This document shows, in pieces, positions 59,583 to 64,000 of a DNA stretch of 64,000 bases (the stretch's first letter is position 1; each line of letters opens with the position of its first letter). A program made the position numbers and the translations under genes. Source of the stretch: Polyangiales bacterium (GTDB taxonomy: Bacteria; Myxococcota_A; Polyangia; Polyangiales; Ga0077539); contig JBGARZ010000001.1 in assembly GCA_044229975.1 (NCBI GenBank), positions 768,001-832,000 of the forward strand, given 5' to 3'. The notes beneath the pieces are model-generated. The model saw nothing but the letters and a program-made list of their open reading frames with translations, was not told the origin of the DNA and ran no database searches.

Positions 59583-61220
59583 TCAGTGCCGCAGGAGCAG
59601 CGCCGCCACCACCGCGATCGCCACCACCACGGCGCCGATGAGGGCCGCCATGGGCAGCGGGCGCACGGCCTCGGGCTCGGGCTCCGGGGCCTTGAGGGCG
59701 GACACCGGGCCCGTCGCATCGGCCGGGGTCGCGGCCTTCGCCGGGGCCGCGGCGGGGGTCTCCGGTCGACGGGGCGCCTGGAGGTTCATCGCCCCGGCGG
59801 GGGCGTCATCGCGGCGCTTCGTGGCGGCCATCTGCGCGCGGAAGCGGGCGGCCACGGCGTCGAGCTCGGGCGGCAGTCCGCGCTCGACGGTGGAGAGCAT
59901 GTCGTCGAGGGCCTGCATGCGCGCCGCGTGGTTGGGGAAGGCCACGATGGTGCGCTCGACGTTGTGGTCTTCGAAGTCGTCGACCGGCTTCTTGGGTTTC
60001 GGCGCCGCGGCCTTGCGGGTGTTGATCAGCGGGTCGCCCGGACCCGCGGCCGTGGGGGCGAGGACGGGCGCCTCGGTGAGCGCCACGGTGCGCTCGCCAA
60101 ACTCGATGGGCGGATCGGTGGTGACGACCCGCGGCGGCGCGACGGGCAGGTTGGCGCCCGGCGGAGGGACCGTTCCGAGCGAGGGCATCGCGAGCGCCGC
60201 GCTGGGCGTGGCGTTGGCGAGCGAGGGCATCGCGCCGAGAAACCCGCCGGGCGGAATGGACGACCGCGGCTCGTAGCGCGGCGCCTCGGCGGCGAGTGGG
60301 GGCACGACCCACGGGGCCGCGACGGGGACAGCGGCCACCGCGGCGATGGCAGGGACGGGCGGCGCTTCGGGCTCGGCGGGCACCTCCGGCTCGGCGGCGG
60401 GCTCGGCCTCGGGCGGCGGCGCCGTCCACGCGGGCGCAAGGAGGTCGGCGAAGGCCTGCACCGACGGGCGCTCGGTGACGGGGATGCGCGTCGCGAGCAG
60501 CACGACGTCCCACACCCCATCGACCACGTCGGAGCGACCGACGTAGCGCGCGTTGGGCTGGGCCGGCCCGGTGCTCGGGGCGCGCAGGAGTTCGAGGGTG
60601 AGCAGGCCGAGCGCGAAGACGTCGGTGCGGGGTGTGAGGGCCTCGCCCGCGAACTGCTCGGGCGTGAGGCAGCGGGCCGCGACGGCGCTCTCCTTGGGAG
60701 CGTCGGGGTCGGCGCCGAGTTCGCGCAGACCGGTGTCGAGGAGCACCGCCTGGTCGACGTCGAAGTCGTCGGAGATCATCACGGCGCGCGGGCGGATGGT
60801 GCCGTGCACGAGGGCTTCGGGCTCCTCGTGACCGGCCTGGACGACCTCGGCGAGCTTCGTGACGAGCGCGGCGATCTTGTCGAGAGGAATGTCGATCTCG
60901 CCGGCGCGGTAGCGGTCGAGGAGCGTGGCGAGGGAGCCCGTCAGGGGGAGGTCCTGCACCAGGAAGGGGCGGCCTTCGTAGACACCGTGGTCGGTCACCG
61001 CGAGTGAACCCGGATGGCGAAACATCCGGATCTCCTGGAGGCGCGACATGGTGGCGGCGAGCGCGTCGCCCTCGCGGACGTCGAGCACCTTCACGAGGAC
61101 GCGGCGGCCTTCGAGGCGCGCGTCGACGCCCTCCCAGGTCTCACCAAGGCCGCGGTCGGCGATGGGGGCGATGAGGTGGTATCGCTGGAGGAGAACGGCG
61201 TCCGCGGCGAGGGCTGGCAT
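59583..61220 (-). CDS. Ser/Thr pseudokinase with Pro-rich linker and C-terminal TM
   Basis: Likely ATG 61220; kinase subdomain order kept, but HGTIRPRA replaces HRDxKPxN and DTG replaces DFG; LTPEQ and DVFALG present. Confidence 0.82.
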   Translation of the reverse strand: MPALAADAVLLQRYHLIAPIADRGLGETWEGVDARLEGRRVLVKVLDVREGDALAATMSRLQEIRMFRHPGSLAVTDHGVYEGRPFLVQDLPLTGSLATLLDRYRAGEIDIPLDKIAALVTKLAEVVQAGHEEPEALVHGTIRPRAVMISDDFDVDQAVLLDTGLRELGADPDAPKESAVAARCLTPEQFAGEALTPRTDVFALGLLTLELLRAPSTGPAQPNARYVGRSDVVDGVWDVVLLATRIPVTERPSVQAFADLLAPAWTAPPPEAEPAAEPEVPAEPEAPPVPAIAAVAAVPVAAPWVVPPLAAEAPRYEPRSSIPPGGFLGAMPSLANATPSAALAMPSLGTVPPPGANLPVAPPRVVTTDPPIEFGERTVALTEAPVLAPTAAGPGDPLINTRKAAAPKPKKPVDDFEDHNVERTIVAFPNHAARMQALDDMLSTVERGLPPELDAVAARFRAQMAATKRRDDAPAGAMNLQAPRRPETPAAAPAKAATPADATGPVSALKAPEPEPEAVRPLPMAALIGAVVVAIAVVAALLLRH

Positions 61221-61275
61221 GTGATCGGGGCGGGAGGATCGCACAGCGACCGCCGCCTCGTCAGCGGTGTCGTTG

Positions 61276-62448
61276 TTACCGCCGCTCGCAGAAGCTCTCG
61301 CCGGTCCCCTTCTGGGCGACACAGTCCAAGCCCAGCTCGCAGAAGAACGGCCGCATCATGGTGGGCGTCCGGCATCGGCCGCCGAGCGTTCCGTCGGGGA
61401 CGCACACCTGCCGAACGCCCGACTGGATCACACAGGTGGTCTCGACGTCGCAGTCCCGCTCGGTCTCCTCGCCGGTGCAAGCGAAGCCCGCCGCGATGGG
61501 TCGCACGCAGGTCACGCGCGACCGATGGCAGATGAGCCCGGCGTCGCACCGGGACACGCCTGGGACGTCGGTGCCACGGCACATGGCGAGGAAGGTTCCG
61601 TCGAGGGTGCACAGCCCGCCGAGGCAGGTGGCGCCGACCGAACACCGCGGCGAGCCCGGGGTCATGACGTCGCAGGGCTGACCCACGGGCACCGGGCGCA
61701 GGCAGGTGAGCTGCGCGCTCGCGACGGGGAGCTGACACTCCAGGCCCGCGTCGCAGAGGTTGCCCGCGCGGCAGCGCGCGCCGAGCGACCCGATGGGGCG
61801 ACAGACGCCATAGCGGGCGCCTCCGAGAACGTCGCCGACGCACACGGTGTCGCCCGCGCAGAAGCTCGTGCTGCGCCCCGAGAGCACGCAGGCGTCGCCG
61901 ACCCCGAGCGGCCCGCCGCAGCGGCTGCGGTTGTCGCCGATGTTGTCGCAGGTGAGGCCGGGGTCGCAGGTGGTCGCGGTGTTCTGTCGGCAGTAGGCGC
62001 CGGCCTGCCCGTAGGTGACGCACTGGAGGCGCCCGTCGAGCCCGACGCAGCCTTCGTTGAGGCCGCACTGCCGCGAACCGCACCGGGTGCGCGGCCCGAA
62101 GTGCTGGTTGCGTCCGCACCACCCCTCGATGCACTGGATGTCCTCGTCGCAGGCGAGGGTGTCGTCGCGGCAGAGCCCGCCGCGAGAGCCGTCGCGCACG
62201 CACAGCCCGAGGTTGCCGGGACCGACGGCGATGCAGTGACGCCCCGGCCCGCACGGATCACCCAGCCCAGGGGGACAGTCCACGCGGGTCATCGGATCGT
62301 CGAGCGGATCGACGACGACCTCCTCCACGACGTCGACGAAGCCCGCGTCGATCTCCAGGGGCGCGGGGGTCAAGCTCGCGGTCGCGTAGGTCGAGCAGGC
62401 GCCGACCCCGAGGGCGAGGCAACCCAGCAGCGTCGTGCGGATGGACAT
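61276..62448 (-). CDS. Cys-rich repeat lipoprotein
   Basis: ATG 62448; LGVGAC lipobox; repeated DGxxGGxCR...CDxGLxC units. Confidence 0.82.
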   Translation of the reverse strand: MSIRTTLLGCLALGVGACSTYATASLTPAPLEIDAGFVDVVEEVVVDPLDDPMTRVDCPPGLGDPCGPGRHCIAVGPGNLGLCVRDGSRGGLCRDDTLACDEDIQCIEGWCGRNQHFGPRTRCGSRQCGLNEGCVGLDGRLQCVTYGQAGAYCRQNTATTCDPGLTCDNIGDNRSRCGGPLGVGDACVLSGRSTSFCAGDTVCVGDVLGGARYGVCRPIGSLGARCRAGNLCDAGLECQLPVASAQLTCLRPVPVGQPCDVMTPGSPRCSVGATCLGGLCTLDGTFLAMCRGTDVPGVSRCDAGLICHRSRVTCVRPIAAGFACTGEETERDCDVETTCVIQSGVRQVCVPDGTLGGRCRTPTMMRPFFCELGLDCVAQKGTGESFCERR

Positions 62449-62546
62449 CTGAGCCGCCGATGGTCGCCCATGCATCTACTTCCGACAATGACGCCGTCCC
62501 CGCTTCGCCCGTTGCCGCGCCACGGCGGTGCGCGCATCCTCCGCCG

Positions 62547-63578
62547 GTGACCGGTCGCCTCCTGTCCCTGCTCACGATGCTGTGCGCGCTGGTCTTCGCC
62601 GCGCCGGGGGCGCTCGCGCAGGGGACGGCCCCGGTGCTGGTGGCCACGCCGCCCGGAGCGCGCACGCGGCTCCAGCGCGTGACGGTGAACATCCTCGACG
62701 GGCGCGACTCGCTGGCCCGTGGGGTGGTGTTGCAAGACACGGGGCGCATCTTGACGGCGTTGGTTCCGGTGCGAGAGGCGCGCGACCTGCGGGTGGTCTA
62801 CCCCGACGGGCGCATCGACCGCGCGCGGGTGGTCGCCACCGACCTCGCGTGGGGCATCGCGCTGCTCGAAGGCACGGCCGGGCGCTGGGTCGAGGGCCTG
62901 CGCATCGCCGATCGCGACGCGCGGGTGCGCGACCAGGTGAGCTGGGTTCCGGCCGCGGGGGCGCAGGTGTCGAGCGGGCTCCTGCGACGACGGCGATCGT
63001 TCGTTGGCGGCAACGCGACGCTGCTGAGAGACGCGTGGGAGCTCGACCCCATCCCCGCCAACAGCGCGGTGGGCAGCCCCATCTTCCACCATGCGACGAG
63101 CACCCTCGTGGGCCTCGTCGTCCCGCCCGACCGCGAGAGCGAGATCACCGGCGCCGACGTGGCCTTCGGGGTGCCGGTGAGCGTTCTGCGGGCGCTGGCC
63201 AACTCGGCGGTCGCGGCGGCGCGTCCGTGGTTGGGTCTGGTGATGGTGGAGTTTCCGCCCGGTGCGTCGGTGCGCTTCGCGACGGGGGGTCTGCGCGTGA
63301 CGAGCGTGGCGCCCGAAGGTCCGGGCGCGGCGGCGGGGCTGCGCGGCGGCCCCAACGGCGACGTGGTGGTGGCCGTCGACAACCGACCCGTGCGAACCCT
63401 GGCCGACCTCGGCGAGGTGCTGGAGCGCCGTCACATCGGGGAAGATGTGCTGCTGCGGGTCACGCGCCGGGGAGCCACCTTCGACGCGACGCTCACGCTC
63501 GCCGCGCGACCGCAGGCGGCAGCGCCGACGGAGCAGCCGCGCAATGACGACGCGACGCCGCGGGGGCAGCAAGAGTAG
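62547..63578 (+). CDS. HtrA/DegP-like trypsin-fold + PDZ protein, catalytic residues apparently lost
   Basis: Signal peptide from GTG 62547; GRILTALVPV, DLAWGIALL, NSAVGSPIF, RPWLGL, GPGAAAGLR...GDVVVAVD. Confidence 0.8.
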   Translation: MTGRLLSLLTMLCALVFAAPGALAQGTAPVLVATPPGARTRLQRVTVNILDGRDSLARGVVLQDTGRILTALVPVREARDLRVVYPDGRIDRARVVATDLAWGIALLEGTAGRWVEGLRIADRDARVRDQVSWVPAAGAQVSSGLLRRRRSFVGGNATLLRDAWELDPIPANSAVGSPIFHHATSTLVGLVVPPDRESEITGADVAFGVPVSVLRALANSAVAAARPWLGLVMVEFPPGASVRFATGGLRVTSVAPEGPGAAAGLRGGPNGDVVVAVDNRPVRTLADLGEVLERRHIGEDVLLRVTRRGATFDATLTLAARPQAAAPTEQPRNDDATPRGQQE

Positions 63579-63590
63579 TCTCCGGCGCCC

Positions 63591-64000
63591 ATGCGCCTGG
63601 CAGATCGGTACCGGTTGGTTCGTCGCGTCGGGGAGGGCGGCGGCGGGGGTGTGTTTCTCGTGGAGGACCGCCTCGCGGGCGACGCGCTCATGGTGCTCAA
63701 GCGCCTCAACGCGCAGGCCCACGCGACGCTCGCGCAGTGGCTGGTCAACGAGTTCCAGATTCTCGCGCAGCTCGACCTGCCGACGGTGGCGCCGGTGTTC
63801 GACTTCGGCCTCGCGAGCGCCGACGCCGAAGACCCGGGCGGGACCTTCTTCACCCGCGCCTTCGTCGACGGCTCCCCCCTCGACGAGGCCGTCGATGCGT
63901 CCGACGCGGCGCGCTTGCGGCGGCTCTTCCGCTCGGCCGCCGAGACGCTGCGGGAGCTCCACCGCCTCGGGGTGGTGCACGGCGACCTGAAGCCCGCCAA
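63591..64000 (+). CDS. Hanks-type Ser/Thr kinase, 5' part (runs off the window)
   Basis: Manual translation: MRLADRYRLVRRVGEGGGGGVFLVED...VLK...FDFG...LHRLGVVHGDLKPA. Confidence 0.9.
   Translation, partial: MRLADRYRLVRRVGEGGGGGVFLVEDRLAGDALMVLKRLNAQAHATLAQWLVNEFQILAQLDLPTVAPVFDFGLASADAEDPGGTFFTRAFVDGSPLDEAVDASDAARLRRLFRSAAETLRELHRLGVVHGDLKPA

Overview
64-kb window of a very GC-rich bacterial chromosome, most likely Myxococcota (Polyangiales-like). This is inferred from MYXO-CTERM-type sorting tails, MXAN_6577-like Cys-rich repeats and several Hanks kinases. About 50 CDS are supportable; most other long ORFs in the track are antisense or off-frame shadows. No rRNA, tRNA, CRISPR array, transposase, integrase or reverse transcriptase was seen. 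Recognisable genes: S9 peptidase (truncated at the left edge), DUF3142 protein and partner, ECF sigma factor with anti-sigma-like partner, two ferritin-like lipoproteins, DUF4239, PNKP-like enzyme, PL1-like pectate lyase, sphingosine-1-phosphate-lyase-like enzyme, TauE, acyP, DUF433, a MacAB-like ABC set, large NAD-GDH, DegT aminotransferase, lipase-like lipoprotein, cytochrome P450, DUF1801, ybeY, an orphan vgrG, two kinases, a pseudokinase and a degenerate HtrA. Best candidate for an undescribed system is a putative ECF cell-surface signalling regulon at about 8.3-19.9 kb. The motif GAAGGC-N13-GCGCACTCA occurs three times with identical spacing, before the sigma gene, its lipoprotein/outer-membrane operon and an exported di-iron ferritin-like gene. 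Other unexplained structure: a chimeric relic of two local genes, 38-bp perfect inverted repeats enclosing the DUF1801 gene, a 40-bp intergenic stem whose only non-Watson-Crick pairs are four G-T wobbles, and an apparent C-rich to G-rich gradient along transcription units. All family calls come from motif recognition by eye; no database search was run.
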